DNA of 64,000 nt, taken from NCBI GenBank assembly GCA_000092065.1, contig CP000590.1, one strand, 5' to 3'. The translations under genes were made by a program, and so were the position numbers. Below are positions 39,985-50,173 of this stretch, in pieces. A model generated the notes under the pieces. The model was given only the letters and a program-made list of their open reading frames with translations. It made no database searches and was not told where the DNA came from. This DNA comes from Ostreococcus lucimarinus. Lineage: Eukaryota. The number at the start of each line of letters is the position of its first letter. The stretch's first letter is position 1.

Positions 39985-42750
39985 TCAGCCCTTAATCGCC
40001 TTCGAGATGATTTCAAAGAGATTCGGCGACAACTTTTGCGCAAGCAATCGTTCGAGTTGCGCCTTCATCAGGTTTTGGCGATTTTCGTCGTACAACCGCC
40101 ACTTCGTGAATGGTGAAGCCATTCTCGAAGATGCCTGCGGGTTAATGGCGTCGGTTTGCAGCAAAACATCGGCGACGAATTCGTATCCGCTGCCGTCGGC
40201 GGCGTGGAAACCTTCGATGTTGCCGCCGGCGAAGCCGCCAATGAGGGAGTAAAATTTGTTCGGATTCTTCGCGTCGTATACGTCACTCGCCATGAGTCGC
40301 TTCATTTCGTCGATGGCGTTGGCGCCTCCTTTACCGGCATCAGAAGCAACCATGCGAAGCCAAGTGCAACTGACGTTGTTGTCATCCTTCCACTTGTTCA
40401 AAAAGTCATCAAACGCCTTCTTCTTCGCGGCGGAAGAATCGTCGTGTCCGCACAGACCAGTGAGCGCGGAGACGGTATCTGTCATGTTCTTCGCGCTCGA
40501 GTACGCGCTTGCGATGGAGCTAGACACGTCATCACCACCGATAGAGCCCAACATACGAATCGCGTATCCACGCAAGGCACGTCGCGAGACCTGCGGTCCG
40601 TCCACGTCGTACGCCAAACCGGCGGCTTCGGCATCGCAAGTCGCCAACGCCGCCTCGAGCTCGACGCGAGATTCCTTGGCAAACGCGCGAGCAAATGCCT
40701 TGCACACCCTATACGTATTCACCGGATTCACACCAGGGGCGAGATCTTGAATCAACTGGCTAGGTCCAGGAAAATTCAGTGCTTCCTCGACCCACGCACG
40801 ATCGAGGCGATTGGCGGTCGCGTCCTTCACGATCAGACAGCAAGCCGCGGAGTATATCGCCCATGACGGATCCGAAGTAACATCCACATCTTCAATTTTG
40901 AGCGCTTTGTCATCGTTGTGCTTTTTGCACAAGCGAATCAAAATACTCGTCGCAATCTTCTGCGCCGCTTCCCATCGGTTGAATTCATCGCTATCGTTGG
41001 CGAGCAAGAACAACAACTCATCCGTGGTGAGTTCTGGAGTCATCGTGAGCTTGACTGGCGCAGAGAACCCGCGCAAAACGCTCGGCACTGGCTTGGACGT
41101 TATGTTGGTGAAGGTAAACGTCTGTTTGAACTCAGTCAACCGACACACCGCCGTCGTCTTCGTTTCGTCCAAAGTCGCCTCGGCGTCGCCTTCACACTTG
41201 ATATCGCCATCAAGCACCATATCTTTGCCATCTTCGCCGAGCAAACCGACAGCGACGGGAATGAGCTGCGGTAGTTTCTTATCCGCCGCGCCCTTCACAT
41301 CATTCGTCTGTGGTAACGTTTGCGTTAAAGTCAACGCGTACGTTTTCGTGACGGCGTCGTACGTGCCTTCGGCGTTGAGCGCCGGCGTGCCCGCTTGAGA
41401 GTACCAACGCTTGAGCTTTTCAATGTTCGTCGAGTTTGCGTCCGACATGGCTTGGAAAAAGTCCTCCGTCGTCACCGCTTGACCGTCGTGACGCTGAAAG
41501 TACAAGTCCATGCCCTTGCGAAACCCGTCCTTGCCCAAGAGCGTCGAGTACATTCTAATGAGCTCCGAACCCTTCTCGTATACAGTGAGGGTGTAGAAGT
41601 TGTCAATTTTTTGATACGCCTCGGGTCGAACTGGATGCGCGAGCGGCGACGCATCCTCCGCAAACTGCGCCGCACGCAAGTATCTCACGTCTGCGATACG
41701 CTTGACCGCGCGAGAGTGCAAATCGGACGTAAACTCATGGTCTCGGAACACAGTCAGACCTTCCTTGAGCGACAGTTGAAACCAGTCGCGGCAGGTGACG
41801 CGGTTGCCCGTGTAGTTGTGAAAATATTCGTGACCAATGACTCCTTCGATGCGCTCAAACGTCGCATCTGTCGCGCTCTCTTCCGACGCCAACACCAAGC
41901 GAGAATTAAAAATGTTCAAAGACTTGTTTTCCATCGCGCCCATGTTGAAGTCGTCCACGGCGACGATGTTGAACAGATCCAAATCGTACTCCAAACCAAA
42001 GCGATCCTCGTCCCACTTCATCGCTCGCTTCAAGCTTGCCATGGCGAAATCGCATCGATCGATGTTCTTTGCCTGCGCGTAAATCTTGAGCGCCACTTCG
42101 CGACCACTCATGGTCGTGAACGTGTCCTCGACCACCGCTAAATCGCCCGCGACGAGCGCGAACAAGTAGCACGGCTTTCGCCAAGGGTCTTTCCACGTCG
42201 CAAAGTGCGCGCCGTTCGCCGCGTCGCCTGAATCAATCAAATTTCCATTCGAAAGCAACACCGGATACTTGGCCTTATCCGCCGTGATCTTCGTCGTAAA
42301 CACGCTCATGACGTCCGGACGATCGGGATAGAACGTGATGGACCGAAATCCCTCAGCCTCGCACTGCGTGCAAAACGTTCCGCTCGATTTGTACAACCCA
42401 CTCAGTTCCGTGTTATCCTGCGGCTTAAACTTCGTCGTGATCTCCAACTCAAACCTCACGTCGGGCGTGTCTTTGATTATCATCAGCGTGTCGTCCCCAT
42501 CCGCCTCAATCGAGTACCGATCCGCGGGTAACGTCTCGCCGTTCACGCGCGCGCCGAGCAGCTCAAAGAACGGCATCTTCCCGTTCAGCACCAGCCCTCG
42601 CGTGCGGTCGCGTCCTTCGATCGGCGTAATCACCGACATCGCCGTGACGGTGGCGTACTCACCATCGAGCGCGAAATCGAGCGTTACCTGCGCGCGCGCG
42701 CGCGTCAGTCGTCGGTTTTCTTTAATATTTCTCAGAGTTTCAGATCGCAT
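39985..42750 (-). CDS. pepN: Aminopeptidase N (M1 family, PepN-type zinc metallopeptidase)
   Basis: GAMENKSLNIF exopeptidase motif; HEYFHNYTGNRVTCRDWFQLSLKEGLTVF (HExxH-x18-E). Full length about 920 aa. The start codon sits inside a (CGCGTC)6 microsatellite. Confidence 0.9.
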   Translation of the reverse strand: MRSETLRNIKENRRLTRARAQVTLDFALDGEYATVTAMSVITPIEGRDRTRGLVLNGKMPFFELLGARVNGETLPADRYSIEADGDDTLMIIKDTPDVRFELEITTKFKPQDNTELSGLYKSSGTFCTQCEAEGFRSITFYPDRPDVMSVFTTKITADKAKYPVLLSNGNLIDSGDAANGAHFATWKDPWRKPCYLFALVAGDLAVVEDTFTTMSGREVALKIYAQAKNIDRCDFAMASLKRAMKWDEDRFGLEYDLDLFNIVAVDDFNMGAMENKSLNIFNSRLVLASEESATDATFERIEGVIGHEYFHNYTGNRVTCRDWFQLSLKEGLTVFRDHEFTSDLHSRAVKRIADVRYLRAAQFAEDASPLAHPVRPEAYQKIDNFYTLTVYEKGSELIRMYSTLLGKDGFRKGMDLYFQRHDGQAVTTEDFFQAMSDANSTNIEKLKRWYSQAGTPALNAEGTYDAVTKTYALTLTQTLPQTNDVKGAADKKLPQLIPVAVGLLGEDGKDMVLDGDIKCEGDAEATLDETKTTAVCRLTEFKQTFTFTNITSKPVPSVLRGFSAPVKLTMTPELTTDELLFLLANDSDEFNRWEAAQKIATSILIRLCKKHNDDKALKIEDVDVTSDPSWAIYSAACCLIVKDATANRLDRAWVEEALNFPGPSQLIQDLAPGVNPVNTYRVCKAFARAFAKESRVELEAALATCDAEAAGLAYDVDGPQVSRRALRGYAIRMLGSIGGDDVSSSIASAYSSAKNMTDTVSALTGLCGHDDSSAAKKKAFDDFLNKWKDDNNVSCTWLRMVASDAGKGGANAIDEMKRLMASDVYDAKNPNKFYSLIGGFAGGNIEGFHAADGSGYEFVADVLLQTDAINPQASSRMASPFTKWRLYDENRQNLMKAQLERLLAQKLSPNLFEIISKAIKG

Positions 42751-42981
42751 CGCGTCGCGTCGCGTCGCGTCGCGTCGCGTCGGCGCCGCACCTCATCGTA
42801 CGCGTACGGGAACGGGGCGTAATCACTGAGCCTGATTTCTTTGGGTTCGGCGGTGGCCGTCATCGCGTCGGGTCGCCGAGTGTGGACGCGGCGGCTGCGG
42901 TCCAACTGTCTCGTCGTTTCCAGATGGTACTACGCGCCGGTACGCGCGTCGGTACGCGCGGGCAATGGGCAATCGTCGTTA

Positions 42982-44022
42982 TTACAGCGCATCGTCGAGA
43001 AGCAGCGCGCGAAGGGGCGCGCGCTCGACGTTTTTATTCTTGAGCGCACCTCGAAGGACGCACGGGATGGGAAGCGCTCGCTCGCGCGCGCGCGACACGT
43101 CCGCGCGAGCGCCGCTCGAGAGGCACGTCAAACCGCCGGCGGCGGACGCTAAACGCAACGCGTCCGCACACGTCGCGTCGCTCGCCATCGCGGCGCAGAA
43201 GGCACCGACAAACGCATCTCCCGCACCGACGGTATCGATGACGGTTTCGTCGTCGCCGAAACGCATCGCTTCGACGCGCGCTTCGTCTTGGGAATTTCCA
43301 TCGCCGTCGCGAACAAACGCCTCGCGAAACGTCAGATCTCGCGTCATCACCAATCGCGCACCAGCCGCGCCCATGGTGTACACAATCGCTCGATTCCGCT
43401 GCGGTCGATCGCTCGCCCGCGTCGGCTCGTCGAGAATCTCGTACGCCTCTGAGATTGCTCGAGCTTCGCTTTCGTTGACGACGACGCAATCCACCTCCTC
43501 TATCAATTCCAACGATATCTCCGTCGCTGGCGCGTAATTCAACACCACGACGCACCGAGGGTTCACCGTTCGCATCATCCGCACCGCGTCTAAGTTTGCG
43601 CTCACCGGAACTTCTCCCTGAAGCGCCAAAACCGCGCTCTCGTCGCCCTCTCTAAAGCGCGCGCGCGCCGCGTCGTTCGCGCCGGCGCACACGACGATCA
43701 TGTTTTCCCCCGACGCGCGCTCGCACAGCACGCACGCGGACCCAGTGGGCAACGCATCGTCGCGCGTGACTTCCCGCGCGATCACGCCCGCGCGCTCGAG
43801 CTGCGCGACGCTAAAATCGTCGTCTCTTCCGACGCGTCCCCAAAAGTGCACTTCGACTTCGACGCCCGCGCGCGCCGCCGCGCACGCCTGATTCGCCCCT
43901 TTCCCGCCCGCGAGCCTGGCGTACGCGCTATCGCCCCCCACGGTCTCGCCCGGGCGCGGAAACGCGTCGACCGCGAACGCGTGGTCGACGTTCACGGAAC
44001 CGAAGACGGAGAGTCGCGGCAT
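42982..44022 (-). CDS. rbsK: Ribokinase (PfkB family). The track ORF extends to 44955 but its 5' part is antisense shadow of ESF2.
   Basis: MPRLSVFGSVNVDH...GGKGANQA...DTVGAGDAFVGAF, the ribokinase signatures. Confidence 0.85.
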   Translation of the reverse strand: MPRLSVFGSVNVDHAFAVDAFPRPGETVGGDSAYARLAGGKGANQACAAARAGVEVEVHFWGRVGRDDDFSVAQLERAGVIAREVTRDDALPTGSACVLCERASGENMIVVCAGANDAARARFREGDESAVLALQGEVPVSANLDAVRMMRTVNPRCVVVLNYAPATEISLELIEEVDCVVVNESEARAISEAYEILDEPTRASDRPQRNRAIVYTMGAAGARLVMTRDLTFREAFVRDGDGNSQDEARVEAMRFGDDETVIDTVGAGDAFVGAFCAAMASDATCADALRLASAAGGLTCLSSGARADVSRARERALPIPCVLRGALKNKNVERAPLRALLLDDAL

Positions 44023-44058
44023 TGTGACGCTCGGGACAGCGCGCGCCGAGCGTTCGCG

Positions 44059-44919
44059 ATGGGCGCGCGCGCGCGCGCGTCGCGCGACGCGCGCGACGAC
44101 GACGACGCGAACGACGCCGACGTCGACGCGCGCGCGGCGCCGGCGCGGCGCGCGCGCGAAGAAGACGAAGAGACGACCGCCGCCGGGAGCGCAAAGAAAC
44201 CGACGCTCGACGCGAAGGCGCTCGAGCGCGTGCGCGCCGATCACGCGCGACGAGGGGTGGTGTTCCTCGGGACGATCCCGCCGTTCATGAAACCGACGAA
44301 ACTGCGACAGTTGCTGAGCGTGTACGGGGAGACGGATCGAATGTACTTGGCCGCGGAGGACCCGGCGACGCGGGCCAAGCGGAAAAAGTTTGGAGGAAAC
44401 ACGGGGAAGAAATACGTGGAGGGATGGGTGGAATTTCGGAATAAGAAGGATGCGAAACGCGCGGCGGAGATGTTGCACGGGCGGGAGGTCGGAGGGAAGC
44501 GCAGGAGCGCGCATTATTACGATTTGTGGAACATTAAATACCTGCCAAAGTTCAAGTGGGACAACTTGACGGAGGAGATGGAATATCAAAAAGCGCTTCG
44601 AGAGAAGAAGCTGCAGCTCGAGCTGTCGGTGGCGAAGAAGGAGCGAGACTTTTATCTGGCCAAGTTGGATCAAGGCAAGGCGTTGGAGGCGATGAAGGAA
44701 CGGCGGGCAAAACGGCGAGCGGAAGCGGGCGCCGAGGATGGCGAAACCGAGGAGCAGGCCTTGGCGAGATACGAGCGAGAGAAGGCCGAGGAAGACAAGG
44801 CGGAGAGGAAGAAAATTATTCGCACGTTCAAGCAAAAGGCCGTGGAAAACCCGACGTTCGTGGATACGAGTAAGGAACTCGCAAATATGGATTTGCTGAA
44901 GAGCATTTTCACATCGTAA
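44059..44919 (+). CDS. ESF2: ESF2/ABT1 family nucleolar RNA-binding protein (pre-rRNA processing)
   Basis: VFLGTIPPFMKPTKLRQLLSVYGE...EGWVEFRNKKDAKRAAEMLHG...HYYDLWNIKYLPKFKWDNL closely parallels ABT1/Esf2. TGTAA 26 nt past the stop. Confidence 0.8.
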   Translation: MGARARASRDARDDDDANDADVDARAAPARRAREEDEETTAAGSAKKPTLDAKALERVRADHARRGVVFLGTIPPFMKPTKLRQLLSVYGETDRMYLAAEDPATRAKRKKFGGNTGKKYVEGWVEFRNKKDAKRAAEMLHGREVGGKRRSAHYYDLWNIKYLPKFKWDNLTEEMEYQKALREKKLQLELSVAKKERDFYLAKLDQGKALEAMKERRAKRRAEAGAEDGETEEQALARYEREKAEEDKAERKKIIRTFKQKAVENPTFVDTSKELANMDLLKSIFTS

Positions 44920-45009
44920 TCGCGTCGATCGATCGATCGACGTCGCGTGTAACACAAGAAGATAGCTAAAACCCTACAGACCCTACAAGACTAAAGACTA
45001 GCTAAGCAG

Positions 45010-45756
45010 TCACGCGCCCGGCGCCGCCGCTGCCGACGTTATGCGAAAGATGACAATTTCTTTGCCTTCGTCTTCGCTGCGTTGCCGATGGAGCGCCTCC
45101 ACCGAGCAACCGGTGCTCTCAAACTCTCGCACGACTTCATTCGTGTGCGGGAAAGCCTTACCGCTCGACGCATCTTCGGTCGAGCTACGGTCGCGCACGC
45201 TTAGGATGAGTTCGCGGACGCCGCTGCGGAGCAACGTCGAGGACGTCGTCACGAATGGAAGCAAAAGCTCTCGCAACCACACGCACTCAGCCGCGATCAA
45301 AATATCGGCGTCTCGAAACGTGAGCGCCGAATTTTGAAACGGATCACTCGGAATTTCATCCATCCAATTTAGCGTCGCGCGCGACGCGCTTCCCGATCCA
45401 ATCCTCGTCGCGTTCGGCCACGCGCCGAGAAGCTCCGTCGCCGGTCCCGCTCCATTCTGTTCGATATTCCTTCGTATCACGTTCTCGCACACCGCGCGCA
45501 CGTCCGTCAAAAGAACGTGCGCACCGAGCGCCGCGCACGCGAGTCCGCATTCCCCCACGCCCGCGCCCAGCTCCAAGACGCGCTCGCCCCTCCCGAGTCC
45601 CGTTCGCTCCAGGTGCGCCGTCAGCGCCTCCGCGCCCTCCCACACCCTCGCGAACCCAGTCGACGCCGCGACGTCGTACCCATCGTCGAAGAAAAACGGA
45701 TCCACCTCCACGTCCTCGTCCTCGTCCCCGTCGTCGTTCGGCTCGACGTCCTTCAT
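45010..45756 (-). CDS. METTL21/Efm-type class I protein-lysine methyltransferase. The track ORF runs to 46002; the likely start is ATG 45756 (MKDVEPNDDG...).
   Basis: DPFFFDDGYDV...TGFARVWEGAEALTAHL...RVLELGAGVGECGLACAALGAHVLLTDV, the METTL21-family pattern. Confidence 0.6.
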   Translation of the reverse strand: MKDVEPNDDGDEDEDVEVDPFFFDDGYDVAASTGFARVWEGAEALTAHLERTGLGRGERVLELGAGVGECGLACAALGAHVLLTDVRAVCENVIRRNIEQNGAGPATELLGAWPNATRIGSGSASRATLNWMDEIPSDPFQNSALTFRDADILIAAECVWLRELLLPFVTTSSTLLRSGVRELILSVRDRSSTEDASSGKAFPHTNEVVREFESTGCSVEALHRQRSEDEGKEIVIFRITSAAAAPGA

Positions 45757-46000
45757 CCCGATGCGCAGTTCGTGCACTTTATGCGACTCCGAACCATCCG
45801 CCGCCCGCTCCCGCACGCGCACGCGCTTCGTCCTGTGCCTGTGTCCGCACCCCGCCCACGCGTCTCGCGCGTCCACCGCCGCGCGCGCGGCGTCGCGCGC
45901 CATCGCGTCGCGCCCTGCGGTCGACGCTTCGAGGATTATCCAACCGCGCGAGGTTTTGTCCCGCGCGCGCCGCGCGTCGTCACTCACGCGCGCGCTCGGC

Positions 46001-47212
46001 ATGCGTCGCGCGCTCGCGGCGATCGCGCGCGGCGGTCGCGCGCGCGCCGTCGCATCGCCGCGCGCCGACGACGTCGCGCTCCTCCGCGCGCGCGATGCGC
46101 CGACGCCGACGCGGACGCCGACGCGACCCTACGCCGCGGCCGCGGACGCCGCGCGCGCGACGGCGCCGCGGCGCGAGCTCGGCGCGGTGTACAACGATTG
46201 GACCAAGGACGAGGTGCGGGCGCTGTACGCGCGACCGCTGCTGGAGCTGGTGTTCGACGCGGCGAAGACGCATCGCATGCACCACGACCCGAGGCAGGTG
46301 CAGCAGTGCACGCTGCTGAGCATCAAGACGGGAGGGTGCCCGGAGACGTGTAATTACTGCGCGCAGAGCTCGTCGTGGAAGGGGGAGACGAAATTGAAGG
46401 CGGAAAAACTGATGGGCGTCGAAGAGGTGATCGAGGCGGCGAAGAGGGCGAAGGAGGCGGGGAGCACGAGGTTTTGCATGGGGACGGCGTGGCGAGGGCC
46501 GAGTCAAGTCGGCGCGGGACAGTTTGAACGCGTCCTGGAGATGACGAAGGAGGTGAGGGACATGGGGATGGAGGTGTGCGCGACGCTGGGGATGTTGACC
46601 CCGGAACAAGCGCTGAAGCTCAAGGATGCGGGGTTGACGGCGTATAATCATAACTTGGATACGAGTCCGGAATATTACGACAAGGTGACCTCGAGCCGCA
46701 AGTACGAGGATCGGTTGAACACGATCGCCGCCGTGCGCGAGGCTGGTATTTCCGTCTGCTGCGGTGGAATTCTTGGTTTGGGCGAAGAGGAGTCGGATCG
46801 GGCGAGTCTGATGACGGTGTTGGCGACGCTTCCCGAGCATCCGGAGAGCGTTCCCATCAACGCGCTGGTGCCCGTGGAGGGAACGCCGTTCAAGGACATG
46901 ACTCCGCCCAGCGGTCTCGAGATGGTGCGCGCCATCGCCGTGGCGCGCATTTTAATGCCCGCCACCGTCGTTCGATTGAGCGCCGGGCGTGTGAACATGA
47001 GCCCGGAGACGCAAGCGTTGTGCTTCATGGCTGGCGCCAACAGCGTCTTCACGGGCGATAAACTCTTGACCACGCCGAATAACGAAAAGAGCGAAGATTC
47101 TTTCTTGTTCGAAGAGCTCGGTCTCGAGGGCCGTCCGGCTTTCGTGCCGTACGCAGCGGGCGCGGCTTCGAGCGATGGAAGCGAGTGGAAACACATGAAA
47201 CACGAGTTGTAA
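46001..47212 (+). CDS. BIO2: Biotin synthase BioB (radical SAM), mitochondrial presequence. The track ORF begins at 45761.
   Basis: CPETCNYCAQSS radical-SAM cysteine triad; YNHNLDTSPEYY; second cluster region ...CCGGILGLGE...; VPVEGTP. Confidence 0.9.
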   Translation: MRRALAAIARGGRARAVASPRADDVALLRARDAPTPTRTPTRPYAAAADAARATAPRRELGAVYNDWTKDEVRALYARPLLELVFDAAKTHRMHHDPRQVQQCTLLSIKTGGCPETCNYCAQSSSWKGETKLKAEKLMGVEEVIEAAKRAKEAGSTRFCMGTAWRGPSQVGAGQFERVLEMTKEVRDMGMEVCATLGMLTPEQALKLKDAGLTAYNHNLDTSPEYYDKVTSSRKYEDRLNTIAAVREAGISVCCGGILGLGEEESDRASLMTVLATLPEHPESVPINALVPVEGTPFKDMTPPSGLEMVRAIAVARILMPATVVRLSAGRVNMSPETQALCFMAGANSVFTGDKLLTTPNNEKSEDSFLFEELGLEGRPAFVPYAAGAASSDGSEWKHMKHEL

Positions 47213-47248
47213 TTTTCTGAATTTCTATCTGAGAGTTCATACATCCTC

Positions 47249-48079
47249 CTATCGACCTAACCAACGCGCGAAACGCCTAAAGCGAGCGGCGAAATAATAT
47301 AATTCCTCGTACGCGAACAGCACGACCGGCAAGGTGTAATACGTCGTTCTGTACATCACCAACGCCGAGAGGGACGCAAAAAAACTGCCTTGGATTCCGG
47401 TCAAGTATTGGAAACCGTCCTTCATAAAGTCCAACGCGCTCAGCGCCCAATCACCAGCGCCTACGAGTTTTGCAAACAGCACAAAACCAATCATTCCAAA
47501 CACACTCACGCACATGCACGCCGCGTACGACGAGCAACACGCCAACACAAACATCGCCGCAAACGGGGCGCCGTAAAACCGGATGAAGAATTTCACGACT
47601 TCAAATTTGTTACTATACAGCTCCGCGAACGCCAGCTTCTTGCTGAACGTCCGTCTCCATCGCTCTCGCATCGTGCTCCCGAACGTCTCGTCCGCCCGCG
47701 ACCTGTGGCTGCGATGGAAAGTTCTAAACTCCAGCCCCGCGAGCGCGGCCAACTCTTCCACCGTCGCCGCGCCCCTCGCCGCGAGCGGGACGTCCACCTC
47801 CGCGTCGTCACCGCTCGTCGACGCCCGCGCGCTTTCCCGCTTCTCGCGCGTTCCGACGTCACCGCCTCGGTCACCGTTCCCCACCGCGCGCGTCGTCGAC
47901 GCCGCGAACGCGCGCGCATCCGCGACGCGTCGCCGCGCGTTCGGGACGCTTTGCGCCGCGACTGGAGCTCGCGCGGCGAGCGCGCCGCCGCCGCGCCACG
48001 CGCGCGCGCTCGTCGTCGCGCTCGTTTCGCGCGCGAATCGGGCGAGCGCGCGCGCGAGACGACGCGACGCGGCGGACAT
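47249..48079 (-). CDS. Hypothetical organelle-targeted polytopic membrane protein (alternative start 48145)
   Basis: Ala/Arg-rich presequence, then several hydrophobic helices (FGAPFAAMFVLACCSSYAACMCVSVFGMIGFVLFAKLVGAG...). No family recognised. Confidence 0.4.
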   Translation of the reverse strand: MSAASRRLARALARFARETSATTSARAWRGGGALAARAPVAAQSVPNARRRVADARAFAASTTRAVGNGDRGGDVGTREKRESARASTSGDDAEVDVPLAARGAATVEELAALAGLEFRTFHRSHRSRADETFGSTMRERWRRTFSKKLAFAELYSNKFEVVKFFIRFYGAPFAAMFVLACCSSYAACMCVSVFGMIGFVLFAKLVGAGDWALSALDFMKDGFQYLTGIQGSFFASLSALVMYRTTYYTLPVVLFAYEELYYFAARFRRFARWLGR

Positions 48080-48134
48080 CGCGCAGTGACGCGCGCCGAG
48101 CGTTACTTTATGGTACCAAAGGCGCGGAGTTGGA

Positions 48135-49136
48135 TTAAAAGTCACGCGCGCGCTTCTTCTTGCGCGCCTTCGCCTTGGCGGGATCGAAATAAACCCCCGT
48201 CGTGGTCGTCGTGGACTTTTGCGCGCCTTTGAGCATGGCGCGGACTTTGGGATTCGGGCGCTTTTGCAGGCGCTGTTGTTGAGGCAGCGCCTCGTCGAGC
48301 GCGGGGACGGAGCACGACGAGTGCGCGGCGTACTTTTTAAGCCACCACGCGCGCTGCTGCTGCGCGTCCAGGACGCCCGCGAACTCGATGTACCAAAACG
48401 TCTCGAACGGCGTCGTGCCTTTGGCGCGAATCTCGTGACCCTGACGTCCGGGCGCCCAATACCGGTACGGCTTGGCGTCGTCGGGAATGAGAAACAGCGG
48501 TTTCGCCGCGTCGCCGATGGACGGGGCGTAGTACGATTTCCTGCACACGAAATTCGGCAAAAGCAAAAGCCACGGTTTATTACTGTCGCGACAATACGAC
48601 AAAATTCGCTTGAAATGATCGCCAGAGTACGGAGGATTGGTCACCAGCACGTCGAACTCTGGCGTCGATTTCGTCGCCACCTTTTCGTAAAAGTCCTCAT
48701 TCCGATTGTACACGTTCTCGAACCCGAGGGCGTTGAGGTGGGCCACCATGGAGCCTTCGCAATAATACGGATCGTATATTCGCAGCGTCTTCTTTTCTTT
48801 CTTCATCGCTTTCGCCAGATTAAACAAAAACGGTTCCACGTCGCGGTACGCTCTAAACGGCGTCTCGCAGTGGTCCGCCTCATCCGCGTCCGCGAACGCC
48901 AGCGCCGCCTTCGTCGCCGGCGTGACGACCCCGCTCGACTTCACCGACAGGTGCGCGAGCACTCTCTCGCGCTTCGCGCGCTTCGTCGACTTCGCGCGTC
49001 GCTTCGGTTCCGCCGAGCGCTTTTCGCCCTCGCGCGCGCCGTCGCCCTCGCGCGTCGCGCCGCCCTCGCGCGACGTCGACGACGCCCCACCGCGATTGTG
49101 AGATTTCACGCGCGCGTCCTCGTCGCGCGCGGGCAT
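48135..49136 (-). CDS. NPPY-motif SAM-dependent methyltransferase (amino-MTase class: N6-adenine / N5-glutamine / m2G type); substrate unknown
   Basis: Motif I-like RIYDPYYCEGSMVAHLNALG, then FDVLVTNPPYSGDH (motif IV D/N-PP-Y) about 45 aa later. Basic NLS-like N- and C-termini. Confidence 0.55.
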   Translation of the reverse strand: MPARDEDARVKSHNRGGASSTSREGGATREGDGAREGEKRSAEPKRRAKSTKRAKRERVLAHLSVKSSGVVTPATKAALAFADADEADHCETPFRAYRDVEPFLFNLAKAMKKEKKTLRIYDPYYCEGSMVAHLNALGFENVYNRNEDFYEKVATKSTPEFDVLVTNPPYSGDHFKRILSYCRDSNKPWLLLLPNFVCRKSYYAPSIGDAAKPLFLIPDDAKPYRYWAPGRQGHEIRAKGTTPFETFWYIEFAGVLDAQQQRAWWLKKYAAHSSCSVPALDEALPQQQRLQKRPNPKVRAMLKGAQKSTTTTTGVYFDPAKAKARKKKRARDF

Positions 49137-49264
49137 GCCGCGCGCGCGCGCGACGCCGCGCGCGTCGTTTTAAAGTAAAGTCCCGAGCGCGGCCGAGCAA
49201 CCGTCGACGCACATCGCGCCGCCGCGCGCGCCGCGCGCCGTCGATTCCGCCGACGTCGCGCGCG

Positions 49265-50173
49265 ATGGTGGACTACTCAAAGTTCGATCGCATCGTCGCC
49301 GACGCGAGCGACGACGAGGACGAGGCGCGAACGCGCGCGACGCCGAACGTGACGAGACTGGATGCTGGGACGAAAATCACATTCGGAAACGGACGCGCGA
49401 CGATCGCGACGCGCGCGGACGCGGACGACGACGACGACGGCGATCGCCGGGAGCGCGACGCGGACGCGCGCGGCGCGAACGAGGGCGCGGAGGGGACGAT
49501 GAGCGAACGGGAGCTGCGCGCGGCGCTCGAGGCTCGGGACGCGGCGGCGGCGCGGGACGCGGCGCGAGCGACGCCGAGCGCGCGCGGCGACGACGTCGCC
49601 GGCGCGCGAGGCGCGAATCGGGAGACGTGTTTGACGAAGATGACGCGGAACGGTGGGGTGGTTCTGGACGCCGGGACGAAGGAGGAGCGGTATTATTGGC
49701 GGCAGGACGCGAGCGAGGCGACGCTGAGCGTCGTCGTGGCGCCCGGGACCAAGGCGAAGGACGCGCGCGTGCGCGTGACGGCGACGGAGGTGGAGATCAG
49801 TGTGCTGAATCGCGAGACCGGGGCGAGTGAGGTGGTCTTACGAGGTGAGTGGGCGCATGAGATCGACCCCGAGCCGCGCGACGAGGACGACGAGTACGCG
49901 CCGACGACGTTCGGCGACTGGGAAATCACAGATTTTGAAGGCGCGGACGCGCGTCGCGTCGTGCGCGTCACCGTGCGCAAAAAAGCTTCCCAAATGTTGA
50001 CGCACTGGTGGCGCTCGTGCATCAAAGGCGCGCCCGAGGAGGATCCCTCGACGTTTGAGGATCGAAATTCGTCTCGCGCGGAAGCCGGGCGTCGCGCGTG
50101 GGAGGAAGCGCAGGAAATGTTTCGCGAGCGCGTGAAAACCCGGGAAAAAGTCGAAATCGACGCGCACGATTAA
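49265..50173 (+). CDS. NudC-family CS-domain (p23-like) protein
   Basis: CS domain: YYWRQDASEATLSVVVAPGTKAKDARVRVTATEVEISVL...GEWAHEIDP...DWEITDF...MLTHWWRSCIKGAPE (the WW motif of NudC). Confidence 0.6.
   Translation: MVDYSKFDRIVADASDDEDEARTRATPNVTRLDAGTKITFGNGRATIATRADADDDDDGDRRERDADARGANEGAEGTMSERELRAALEARDAAAARDAARATPSARGDDVAGARGANRETCLTKMTRNGGVVLDAGTKEERYYWRQDASEATLSVVVAPGTKAKDARVRVTATEVEISVLNRETGASEVVLRGEWAHEIDPEPRDEDDEYAPTTFGDWEITDFEGADARRVVRVTVRKKASQMLTHWWRSCIKGAPEEDPSTFEDRNSSRAEAGRRAWEEAQEMFRERVKTREKVEIDAHD

Noticed and set aside
42751-44955. 657-codon minus ORF suggesting a large fusion protein upstream of ribokinase
   Set aside because: Only the C-terminal 346 codons (from ATG 44022) match ribokinase. 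The upstream 311 codons are Leu/Arg-rich antisense of the ESF2 coding sequence.
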